A DNA stretch of 40,688 nt from a virus. Taxonomy: Duplodnaviria > Caudoviricetes. This document shows positions 1 through 7,811 of the stretch, in pieces. The position numbers and the translations under genes were made by a program. The notes beneath the pieces are model-generated. The model was not told where the DNA came from. It did not search any database and saw only the letters and a program-made list of their open reading frames with translations. How positions within the stretch are numbered: position 1 is the stretch's first letter; every line of letters begins with the position of its first letter. The stretch spans positions 1 through 40,688 of IMG/VR virus record IMGVR_UViG_3300037781_000129; one strand, written 5' to 3'.

Positions 1-222
1 GCAAGAAGCACGTTGATGACAAGGTGCTGGAAGAAGCGGGCATTAAAGCCATCGGCAAAGCCGAAGGCCTGAGTTTTATCGGCATTGAGCGCGGCCCTGA
101 AGGTGAGTCGGGGATCCTGTTCCTGGCGGGCCCGGTCAGCAGTGACCGGAAAATACCCCGGATCGGTTATTACCCCGGCCAGCAGACCTGGCAATCCTGT
201 AACCATGGCAAGTTCTGGCTGG
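1..222 (+). repeat. Terminal direct repeat, left copy (matches 40467-40688)
   Basis: Positions 1-127 are identical to 40467-40593. Positions 128-222 differ at 9 sites: 128, 143, 154, 164, 167, 178, 179, 194 and 206. Confidence 0.95.
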
Positions 223-695
223 GTTATGAAACCAGTAACAGGCCGGAACCGGCGGATCTGGTCCGTGAAGAAATGATTGCAGGCCACCAGGTGACGCTGG
301 CCGACGGTCATGACTGGATGGTGCCACTGGCAAGGTCATTCCCGCACGGCATCGCCTTGCCGAAAGCGCTGGTGTTGGGGCCGGATGGGGAACTGGTGAC
401 TGAGTCGCTGCCTCAATTTGCCAAACTGAGCCAGCAGGCTGAGCAGGTGTTTGAGTCGCTGATCGGTGAGGCAGATGGCATCGAGTTCGCCGAGGGCTGG
501 CAGATTGCCATGGATGCGCTGGCATTCAATTACCGTGTCAGCGACTGGGAAATGTCGGCCCTGAAAGCGATCAGTACGGACAATCTCGGCAAGGTGCTGG
601 AAGCCATGATCGACTGGCCTGAAATCGTGGCCGCAGCGATGTCAAAAAAAAAGGACAGCGATACCGACAGTTCGAGCGATGGCGAGCAGGCTTGA
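1..695 (+). CDS. Tail assembly chaperone (lambda gpG-like position), 5' part wraps from 40439
   Basis: Lies between the tail tube and tape measure genes. The true start is ATG 40439 (MSGFLYFVPGKKHVDDKVLEE...). An A AAA AAG slippery site lies near the 3' end. Confidence 0.75.
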   Translation, partial: KKHVDDKVLEEAGIKAIGKAEGLSFIGIERGPEGESGILFLAGPVSSDRKIPRIGYYPGQQTWQSCNHGKFWLGYETSNRPEPADLVREEMIAGHQVTLADGHDWMVPLARSFPHGIALPKALVLGPDGELVTESLPQFAKLSQQAEQVFESLIGEADGIEFAEGWQIAMDALAFNYRVSDWEMSALKAISTDNLGKVLEAMIDWPEIVAAAMSKKKDSDTDSSSDGEQA

Positions 696-751
696 TTAAA
701 GACTATTACCCAACTTATGCTGACATTTACTTTGAAATCATAAGCGGATAG
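644..751 (+). other. Programmed -1 frameshift site and gpGT-like extension
   Basis: A9G run at 644-653 with an in-frame A AAA AAG at 647-653. The -1 frame stays open to TAG 749-751 (GQRYRQFERWRAGLIKDYYPTYADIYFEIISG). Confidence 0.75.
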
Positions 752-756
752 CAATA

Positions 757-1140
757 GTGAATAAGGGATTAGAGCCAGCAAGCACTGAGTTGATTAACGA
801 AATTCATGAACTAAATGGAAAGCTATGGGTGAACATGAAGCGCGCCCAAGCGCTCAAATTCTTGAGCGATATTAAAGAATTTCATGAGAGCCATGACGAT
901 CATAAGTGCCATGATTGTGGCGCTATAGTCTTTTGGATGAGAACCAAGTGTGGTCAATGTGGCGCAGATATGATGAAAGGCCGTCAGGAAATTAAACCAA
1001 GATTTAAGCCCGACACAAGATCGCAATGGCGAGTAAAACTAAGTTGTTACCTGAATGAAAATTATCCTAACTGGAAGCCACTGTTAATTCTTTTTATGGG
1101 GTCAGTGGTAACTCTTTGGGCGATATCAAAAATCATATGA
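757..1140 (+). CDS. AT-rich moron: zinc-ribbon protein with C-terminal membrane anchor
   Basis: CHDC and CGQC cysteine pairs, hydrophobic C-terminus LLILFMGSVVTLWAI, and lower GC than the flanking tail genes. Confidence 0.6.
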   Translation: MNKGLEPASTELINEIHELNGKLWVNMKRAQALKFLSDIKEFHESHDDHKCHDCGAIVFWMRTKCGQCGADMMKGRQEIKPRFKPDTRSQWRVKLSCYLNENYPNWKPLLILFMGSVVTLWAISKII

Positions 1141-1166
1141 ACTGCTGAGGAGAAAATTTTGAAAAA

Positions 1167-1195
1167 TTGACATCATTGGACCATAGGCATAATCT
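1167..1195 (+). promoter_or_regulatory. Sigma70 promoter for the C4/antirepressor unit
   Basis: TTGACA (1167-1172), 17-bp spacer, TAATCT (1190-1195). Confidence 0.7.
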
Positions 1196-1253
1196 GCGCT
1201 TGTGGCGGCAAAATCCGTCACCGGGTTTGACAGCCCGAACTAAGGAGCGCACC

Positions 1254-1275
1254 AAGCCGCGCAAGCGGTTTTTTT
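1254..1275 (+). terminator. Intrinsic terminator/attenuator upstream of the C4 RNA
   Basis: AAGCCGC-GCAA-GCGGTTT stem-loop followed by a T run. Confidence 0.7.
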
Positions 1276-1282
1276 ATGCCTT

Positions 1283-1363
1283 ATGGTGGGTGTGCGTGGG
1301 AGGCACTTCGGTGCCTGCCGGTTATCTCCTTAGTCGGTCTGTCAACCCGCGTACATCCATCAC
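1283..1363 (+). ncRNA. C4-type antisense RNA (P1/P7 c4, P4 CI-like)
   Basis: 16-bp closing stem 1285-1300/1346-1361 and hairpin AGGCAC-TTCG-GTGCCT. Loop segments TATCTCCTTA (1323-1332) and CTGTCAA (1339-1345) are complementary to targets upstream (1227-1233, 1239-1247) and downstream (1371-1377, 1402-1411). Confidence 0.85.
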
Positions 1364-1414
1364 CCAATGATTGACAGCGTTGTGTGATGGTTATCAGTTA
1401 ATAAGGAGATAGCC

Positions 1415-2137
1415 ATGACTAATGAAGTTTCAGTTTTTCAATTCAACCAATCTCAGCAAGTAAGAGTTATTGTTCGTGATGGCGAACCGTGGTTTTGTGC
1501 AGCTGACGTTTGCCGGGTTTTGGACATTAAAAACGGTAAGCATCTAGTAAAATCGCGGCTTGACGCCGATGGGGTAGTTCAAGACTACCTCATAGATTCT
1601 ATGGGGCGTCGCCAGCAAAACAATATGATCAATGAACCTAATCTTTATCGCTTGATCTTTCGTTCTGACAAAAATGAAGCCAAGCAATTTCAAGATTGGG
1701 TGTTTAATGATGTTCTGCCGCAGATTAGAAAAGCAGGCAGTTATCAGGGAGATATGCCAAAAGTCCTTTCTATAACGCACGCGCAACGAATGGAGCTCAA
1801 AAATAAAGTTGATCGGCTGCATACTTGGTTATATGACGGTCAGCAAGTTAGCCAGCCTTTTTACAATATGGTGCGGGTCAAATACCAAATCAAACATATT
1901 GAAGAGTTACCTCGTGTTCACTTCGATGAAGTGATGCAGCTTGCGGATATGATTCGCAAGAGAGTAGACGATGTTCTTGGTTTCATGATGGACTTCAAAA
2001 AGCAAATCATGAACGAATACATCATGGGCGGCGCACCATGGACGCCAACCATAAAAAAACATTGGGAACAACAGTTCATGGCATCACTACCAGAACGACC
2101 CAATTGGCTTGAAATGAATAACCAGCTCAAACATTGA
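1415..2137 (+). CDS. Bro-N domain antirepressor
   Basis: Bro-N signature VRVIVRDGEPWFCAADVCRVL...INEPNLYRLIFRSDKNEAKQFQDWVFNDVLPQIRKAGSY. Shine-Dalgarno (SD) TAAGGAG at 1402. Confidence 0.9.
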   Translation: MTNEVSVFQFNQSQQVRVIVRDGEPWFCAADVCRVLDIKNGKHLVKSRLDADGVVQDYLIDSMGRRQQNNMINEPNLYRLIFRSDKNEAKQFQDWVFNDVLPQIRKAGSYQGDMPKVLSITHAQRMELKNKVDRLHTWLYDGQQVSQPFYNMVRVKYQIKHIEELPRVHFDEVMQLADMIRKRVDDVLGFMMDFKKQIMNEYIMGGAPWTPTIKKHWEQQFMASLPERPNWLEMNNQLKH

Positions 2138-2145
2138 GCAAAACC

Positions 2146-2169
2146 AAGGGCGCTACGGCGCCCTTTTTT
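2146..2169 (+). terminator. Intrinsic terminator after the antirepressor
   Basis: AAGGGCGC-TACG-GCGCCCTT followed by a T run. Confidence 0.8.
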
Positions 2170-2183
2170 ATGGGCGTTAATAA

Positions 2184-3587
2184 ATGGCTAAAGTGAAGTT
2201 CAACCTTGAGGCTGATGAAGCCAAGGCGGTAAATGCATTTCTGCGCGTGGTCGATGCACAGCAGAAAGCTGAGCGAAGCATGGGCGGCGTGAACAGACGC
2301 TCACAAGAACAAAACAAAGTATTCGGACAGCTAAACAGCAGCATCAAGGGATACATAGCTGGATTCGCTACACTAGGCACTGTTACACAAGCCCTAAGGA
2401 TGTTTAATGAGGAATTAAACAGAAATGCAGAAATAATAAAGTCATCTGAACGGATTCGCTCACAGACTTTGTCATTGGCTGCCGGAGATAAAACAACAGC
2501 AGCGTTTCTGCGAGAGCAAGAGGAAAAGTACGCCACAACAGCAGGCGTTTCGCCAGAAAATGCCAGCCAGGCAGTTTTCAACATAAAATCAATATTCTCG
2601 GAAGACAAGATTGCTGAAGCCGTTGACTTCGTCTCGAAGGCTGACAGCTTTGTACGAGACTCGGGCAAGTTTGCTGAGGGCATTGGTACTGTCCAGAACG
2701 CGCTCGGTGAAGCCGAGACCGGCGGTGTAGCCCAGCTGGGTAATAAGATATTCGCTGCGGCGAATGTCTCGAAAACTGATCCATCCGAGTTCGGTAATGA
2801 GCTATCAAAAATTGCTAAAACCGGTGCCACAGTTGGTGGGAGTGACGAAATCCTATCTTCTGCATTAGCTATTGGTTCAGCAGGTCAAGCCACCACCGCA
2901 GAGGCCGGCACAAGAATAAGAGCCTTTTTGGTTGAGCTGATCCGAAATGAAGTTGAAGGCGCGACGCTCGAGGATAAATTCCAGAATGTACTGAAAAGCG
3001 GCATCAACAAACAAAACTTCATCAAAGACTTCGGTGGTGGCAATGAGGCTTTAGAGGGTTTCGCAATACTCAGTGATAACTGGGACAGAATAATCAATCT
3101 TAGCCAAAAATTAAAAGTTGAAGAAGGCAGAGCAGGAACACCCCAAAGCTTTCTAAACAAAACCATCGCGCTCAGAAATGCAGATCCAATATTGCAGGAA
3201 GCGTTCCGTTCACGACAACTGGAGCAGGAAGTCAACCAGGTGACTGAAAGCTTTGGCCTGCAAAAAATCGGCAGAGAGAATGCGGTCAAGCAGGCAATTG
3301 CTGATCGCGGCCGCTCAGGCGAGCTTTCTGTTGCCGGCAAGGTGACCATGGATGCGGTCGGTGCCGGCGTATCGATGCTGCCAGTCGAGCCATCAACAGC
3401 AGCAGGGGCCACTGCCGCGGCCGGCGAGTTTAGCGAATCACCAAATCTTGGTTTGCTGGCCCTTTCGCCGCTGGCCGGTGTTTTGGAGCGCCTGACCAGT
3501 GCGGTAGAGGCATTCAATAAAGCATCCGAAAAGCAGGAAAAAAACGCCAACAAACCGATGGCCCGCAACAACGGCATGGTTGAGTAA
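2184..3587 (+). CDS. Tail tape measure protein (short, 467 aa)
   Basis: Ala/Gly-rich helical composition, TMP-core-like segment AEAGTRIRAFL, and position after the chaperone gene. Confidence 0.7.
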   Translation: MAKVKFNLEADEAKAVNAFLRVVDAQQKAERSMGGVNRRSQEQNKVFGQLNSSIKGYIAGFATLGTVTQALRMFNEELNRNAEIIKSSERIRSQTLSLAAGDKTTAAFLREQEEKYATTAGVSPENASQAVFNIKSIFSEDKIAEAVDFVSKADSFVRDSGKFAEGIGTVQNALGEAETGGVAQLGNKIFAAANVSKTDPSEFGNELSKIAKTGATVGGSDEILSSALAIGSAGQATTAEAGTRIRAFLVELIRNEVEGATLEDKFQNVLKSGINKQNFIKDFGGGNEALEGFAILSDNWDRIINLSQKLKVEEGRAGTPQSFLNKTIALRNADPILQEAFRSRQLEQEVNQVTESFGLQKIGRENAVKQAIADRGRSGELSVAGKVTMDAVGAGVSMLPVEPSTAAGATAAAGEFSESPNLGLLALSPLAGVLERLTSAVEAFNKASEKQEKNANKPMARNNGMVE

Positions 3588-4006
3588 TGACGACACCGGC
3601 ATTTTATTACGACAGCGTGACTTATGACTTTGTCAGCCTGAAGGGGGAAGTGAACCCAGGCACTGGTCAGCAGCTGCAGGAGTTGACCCGTTCTGGTGTG
3701 GATGGGGTGGCATTCCGCCGGGTCGGGCGCCGAGGGTATCCGTTCCGGATGTATTCGGTGCGTGATGTCGTTAACGAGGTGGCCGCGCAGGATCTGATTC
3801 ATTACTACAAGGAGATGCAGGGGCAGATCATCAATATCACCGATGAGCTGGGCAATGACTGGTACAACGTGATCGTGCTGAATGTGCGGATGCAGCAGCC
3901 GAAATATGCGACAGCCATATCCGGTGGGCTGGCCGGCGTGTCGAGTGGCTTGATTGTCCGCGCTGATTGGACGCTGCAGATGACGGAGACGTCATGGGTG
4001 TTTTAG
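3587..4006 (+). CDS. Putative distal tail (Dit-like) protein
   Basis: Directly follows the tape measure gene with a TAATG stop/start overlap; 139 aa. Assigned by synteny. Confidence 0.5.
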   Translation: MTTPAFYYDSVTYDFVSLKGEVNPGTGQQLQELTRSGVDGVAFRRVGRRGYPFRMYSVRDVVNEVAAQDLIHYYKEMQGQIINITDELGNDWYNVIVLNVRMQQPKYATAISGGLAGVSSGLIVRADWTLQMTETSWVF

Positions 4007-4512
4007 TCACTGAGGTCAAGCAGATCGGGCCGAACGGCTGGCGATTGAGTTACCAGAGTGATTTGCCGAACCCGACCTTTTATATCTATCAGGATGGTTT
4101 GCTGGTCGATACGACCAAGGCGACGACGCGGGTGCTGAGTGTGCCGGCGGGCGAGAGCCTGGTGGTTGAGGTGCTGGATGATCCGGCTATTAAACCTGAG
4201 GCGGCTTTCCCGGGCCGGTTGACGCTGGGCTGGTATTCGGTAGCAAACGCGGCGTCTTATCGCATCGAGGAATATGTGTCATCCAGTTGGGTGCAGCGAA
4301 AACGGGTGGTTGAATCCGGTCGCGGCTATTACCAGTGGAAAACGCGCTGGCTTGAGGATAGTACGGTGCATCAGTTCCGGGTGGTGCCGGTCGGTACCAA
4401 CGGTAATGACGGCGATCCACTGGTGTTTTCGGTGCTGATGGTGCGGCATCCGGACCCGCCGGATGTGAGCTACAGCTACAGTGCAGCGACGCAGACAGTG
4501 ACAATCAGTTAG
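3994..4512 (+). CDS. Virion protein with fibronectin-III-like beta domain
   Basis: LTLGW..V.NAASYRIEE...HQFRVVPVGTNGN pattern. Likely start is ATG 3994. Confidence 0.55.
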   Translation: MGVLVTEVKQIGPNGWRLSYQSDLPNPTFYIYQDGLLVDTTKATTRVLSVPAGESLVVEVLDDPAIKPEAAFPGRLTLGWYSVANAASYRIEEYVSSSWVQRKRVVESGRGYYQWKTRWLEDSTVHQFRVVPVGTNGNDGDPLVFSVLMVRHPDPPDVSYSYSAATQTVTIS

Positions 4513-4515
4513 TTC

Positions 4516-4539
4516 AGGCCCCGATTCCGGGGCTTTTTT
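4516..4539 (+). terminator. Intrinsic terminator
   Basis: GGCCCCG-ATTC-CGGGGCT followed by a T run. Confidence 0.75.
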
Positions 4540-4557
4540 ATTTTTGAGGGTGTGAAC

Positions 4558-5586
4558 ATGCCAGATGAAAAAACGCATGCCGATTCGATTCGGCTGTATT
4601 TGACGGGTGCGGCTTCGGCAGGGGCCTCGCAGGCTGATCCGAATGCGTCGCTGGGCGGCTTCCGCAGCGGCAATGAAATCACGCATCTGGCTTATGCGGT
4701 GAGTAACCCGATCAGCAACCTGACCATTGAGTTTCTGGCCGGTGCGAACGGGACCGGCAGCGGCACGATCACGGTGACCGGTGATGACACGTTGACCTGG
4801 ACACCGCCGGGCGGCAGCGCGGGGCCAGCGGTGACGATTCTGGATAGCGAAACCAAGATTCTGGAAGCTGCCGGCGCGCCTGAGAAGTTTATCCGCGTGA
4901 CCCGGACCAGCACGGATCCGCTAACCGGCACCGCGACGCTGACATTAACCGATCAGTTTAACAACGTGATCGGCATGGATAACGTATCCAGCGCCGAGGC
5001 AGCAGCAGGTGATACTGAGTATCGCGCGATTATGCTGCGCAATGAAGCGGCGACCGAGGTCAAAAACGTCAAGATTTATATCGGTACGCTGGGCACGCAG
5101 CTGACTACCGGCGGCACGCAGTTAGGTGCGTCCGGTGGCGGCACAGTGTCACCGGCGGCGGGTAACTTCAACGACTGGCCCGATTCGGGCTTTGCCCGCA
5201 TCGAGGACAATGCCGGCAACCTGAAAGAGATCGTGTATTACTCGAGCCGTACGTCTACGGTGCTAACAGTGCCCGCAGCGGGCCGTTCCCAGCTTGGCAC
5301 CTCTGCCCAGGCAGGCGCAGCAACGGATGTAGTGTATCCGGTCCCGGGATTGCGAATTGCGACAGAAACGCCAGCCAGCAGCGAGATACAGGAGGTAGCG
5401 AACGAGTCAACCGCACCGAGCGGGGTGACGTGGCGAACGGCTATCACGGCGGCCAACGGCATCGATGTAGGCGACCTTGCTGCTGATGGTGAACTGGGGC
5501 TGTGGTTTGAGCGCAGTGTGGTGGCCGGTGCCACCGCAGAGGCCTCGGTTTTGAACATGATTAAATTCAGTTTTGATGCGGCATGA
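4558..5586 (+). CDS. Tail structural protein (Gly/Thr/Ala-rich, beta)
   Basis: Composition and position in the tail module. Confidence 0.6.
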   Translation: MPDEKTHADSIRLYLTGAASAGASQADPNASLGGFRSGNEITHLAYAVSNPISNLTIEFLAGANGTGSGTITVTGDDTLTWTPPGGSAGPAVTILDSETKILEAAGAPEKFIRVTRTSTDPLTGTATLTLTDQFNNVIGMDNVSSAEAAAGDTEYRAIMLRNEAATEVKNVKIYIGTLGTQLTTGGTQLGASGGGTVSPAAGNFNDWPDSGFARIEDNAGNLKEIVYYSSRTSTVLTVPAAGRSQLGTSAQAGAATDVVYPVPGLRIATETPASSEIQEVANESTAPSGVTWRTAITAANGIDVGDLAADGELGLWFERSVVAGATAEASVLNMIKFSFDAA

Positions 5587-6059
5587 GTAGCATATTTACC
5601 TTTGCTGACAATGTGCTGGGCCAGCTGGCCGGTTCTGTCTCTGTGGGTGCGACATCGATCACGGTCGGGTCGTCTGCCGGTGTGAACAACCCACCGCCGG
5701 ATCCGGATGGTGGCATTGCCTGCCTGACCTTGGTGGACAACCTGCAAAACCCGACCAAGCTGGAAACCATTTACTACACCGGTCGCACCGGTAGCGGGCC
5801 TTATACGCTAACCGGCGTCATCAAGGGCCGTGAAGACACGCCAGATGAAAGCTGGTCGGTGGGTGATTATTTCTACCAGGCGCTGACCACCAATACCCGT
5901 TTCGGGCCGCTGCTGCACCCCAAAACGATTGATCAGGATTTGCATGTGCCTGACAACTACAATGCGGCGCTTGTTGGCCCTGTTGGCCCAGGTGCGGGCA
6001 AAACCTTTTCAGTTGGCGCTGATGCGACGCTGGTCGTGCTGGGAGATTTAAATGAGTAA
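5583..6059 (+). CDS. Tail fibre/adaptor protein
   Basis: ETIYYTGRTG...LTGVIKGREDT fibre-attachment-like segment and C-terminal TIDQDLHVP.NYNAALVGPV motif. ATGA overlap with the upstream gene. Confidence 0.55.
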   Translation: MSSIFTFADNVLGQLAGSVSVGATSITVGSSAGVNNPPPDPDGGIACLTLVDNLQNPTKLETIYYTGRTGSGPYTLTGVIKGREDTPDESWSVGDYFYQALTTNTRFGPLLHPKTIDQDLHVPDNYNAALVGPVGPGAGKTFSVGADATLVVLGDLNE

Positions 6060-6531
6060 AGTTGTTGCGAATGAAATTGAGCCATTTTCAGGCGATGATT
6101 TCACCATTAATGCCAAAACCAAAACGGACACGCTGAAACCCATCACCGGCGACCATATTGATATGGAAGGCAAGGGGTTTTCGAACTTCGAGATTAAGGA
6201 TGTCGCCGAGCCGGGCAGCGTGATAGCAGATATCACATCCGGCGTGTGCACGCTGGATTATGAACTCGGCGGCGTGCAGACAGTCAGCCTGACCGAAGAT
6301 ATCACCAGCTTCACATTCAGCAACTGGCCAAGCGGCAAGGGTGCCGGCATGACCCTGTACTTCGAGCAGGATGCCACCGGTGGCCGCAGCGTGGATTTCA
6401 GTGACTTCCGCACGCCTGGCGGCAATGGCGTGGCGATTGCCAGTGATGCTAATGCGGTGGATGTGGTGAGCGTCATCACCAAGGATGGCAGTACGTTTGA
6501 TGCGGGGCTGGCGATGGGGGCTTTGGCGTGA
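6052..6531 (+). CDS. Tail fibre module protein
   Basis: N-terminal MSKVVANEIEP and C-terminal beta domain (TFSNWPSG...QDATGGRSV...ANAVDVVSV). Confidence 0.55.
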   Translation: MSKVVANEIEPFSGDDFTINAKTKTDTLKPITGDHIDMEGKGFSNFEIKDVAEPGSVIADITSGVCTLDYELGGVQTVSLTEDITSFTFSNWPSGKGAGMTLYFEQDATGGRSVDFSDFRTPGGNGVAIASDANAVDVVSVITKDGSTFDAGLAMGALA

Positions 6532-7211
6532 CGGTTGGGGTGGCACAGCGGGGGCTACAGGCAATGGTGGGGGTGGCCAGCGGCCCCGCAACGGCTATTC
6601 CTGTGGTTACTGGTATACATGCAGTCGATCAGCTATTTGATTCAGATATCGTAGCGTTGCCTGAAGGTGCTTCTGCAGGCGATCTTGTAATAATAGCTCG
6701 TATTGATATGAGGAACAATATTGGTGGTTGGAATTATGAAAGTATTCGGAATAATACATTTGGCGATTTGGCATATCGCTTTTTAACAAGTCAGGACATA
6801 TCTAATGGACAAGTCACATTTTGTACTGGCGCCGTCTCCGAAACAGGAGCCGTTGTTATAACAATTAATGGAGCAGACCCGCTATCGCCAGTTGCAGAGA
6901 TGAGCGTATTGGCTGATTTAGCGGTCGAAGGCACTGTGCCGAGCTATGAAGTAATTACTGCGGGGACCTTAGCTTTGGCTGTGGCCGTTGGCACTACTGA
7001 TGACAACGAGACGGTAACTTCTCCAGCGAACTCCTTATCAAAACCTATTATTGCATTTGCCGGTATTGCCACAAGTAGCCTTAATGGTGGTGCAGCGGCA
7101 ATAGCGGCCGTCGAAATGGAAGATGCAGGGGAGACTGGGTCTTTTGACTTCGGAGGTTCTGGCCGCCTTCCTTATGGGCGAATCATTGTCATTCAGCCGC
7201 CAGGAGATTAA
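6528..7211 (+). CDS. Putative receptor-binding/fibre tip protein (variable)
   Basis: GTGA overlap with the upstream gene. GC drops visibly after ~6600. Beta-rich sequence. Confidence 0.5.
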   Translation: MTVGVAQRGLQAMVGVASGPATAIPVVTGIHAVDQLFDSDIVALPEGASAGDLVIIARIDMRNNIGGWNYESIRNNTFGDLAYRFLTSQDISNGQVTFCTGAVSETGAVVITINGADPLSPVAEMSVLADLAVEGTVPSYEVITAGTLALAVAVGTTDDNETVTSPANSLSKPIIAFAGIATSSLNGGAAAIAAVEMEDAGETGSFDFGGSGRLPYGRIIVIQPPGD

Positions 7212-7214
7212 CTG

Positions 7215-7811
7215 ATGCATATTAGAGAATCAGATAAAAAAATTTTTTCATCTTTACCTGCCATTTATAAAAAACCAGAAGGCGGCACCGTTTCTGGCTT
7301 TAACAGATTGGGTAATACTGATTTGATAGAAAGATTCGGTGTTTACCCAGTCGCAGGCGAACCGACTCTCGCCTGGTGGCAAACGAAGTCCGACCCTCAA
7401 TATACCTTCACTGAAACAGAGGCACAGGTCAGCTACACCCTCACCGATATGCCTTTTTCTGACCGTCAGGATACGCTTATTAACCAGGTGTACTCTCAGG
7501 CACGCTCACTGATTGAAAGTCAGGAGCAAGGCTATGCTCAGTCAGAGATTGCAACATGGCCGATGATGCGGGCTGAGGTGAAGCAGTACAATATTGATGC
7601 CACAGTTGGGCCGAATATGCAGTTAGTTGTGGATGAGGGCACTTATGATGCGGCCAGTTTGGCGGCCATGCTGACACCGAAAGTGAACTTTTATGATGCG
7701 GTGATTGCTGAGCGCAACAACAAGGTGCAGGCAATCAAAGATGCCGAAGATCAACCAGACTTGGATTTGATTGATATTGCTGCCGGCTGGCCAACGATTG
7801 ATGATGACTGA
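7215..7811 (+). CDS. Tail fibre-associated protein (assembly/DUF4376-like)
   Basis: Follows the fibre genes; YAQSEIATW and C-terminal DLIDIAAGWP motifs. Confidence 0.5.
   Translation: MHIRESDKKIFSSLPAIYKKPEGGTVSGFNRLGNTDLIERFGVYPVAGEPTLAWWQTKSDPQYTFTETEAQVSYTLTDMPFSDRQDTLINQVYSQARSLIESQEQGYAQSEIATWPMMRAEVKQYNIDATVGPNMQLVVDEGTYDAASLAAMLTPKVNFYDAVIAERNNKVQAIKDAEDQPDLDLIDIAAGWPTIDDD

Noticed and set aside
1141-1230. LexA (SOS) box at the antirepressor promoter
   Set aside because: No CTGT-N8-ACAG match seen by eye; a divergent box cannot be excluded without a matrix scan.
1167-1370. 67-aa ORF as an icd/kil-like gene
   Set aside because: Its TTG start is the -35 hexamer of the promoter, and it runs through a terminator and the C4 RNA; better explained as non-coding.
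2177-3802. Long antisense ORFs (2177-2830, 2885-3802) and similar ones elsewhere
   Set aside because: They shadow well-supported plus-strand genes and show no recognisable motifs.
5976-6006. Walker A motif (GPVGPGAGKT) in the fibre adaptor
   Set aside because: Spacing is not GxxxxGKT, and it lies near the C-terminus with no room for an NTPase fold.
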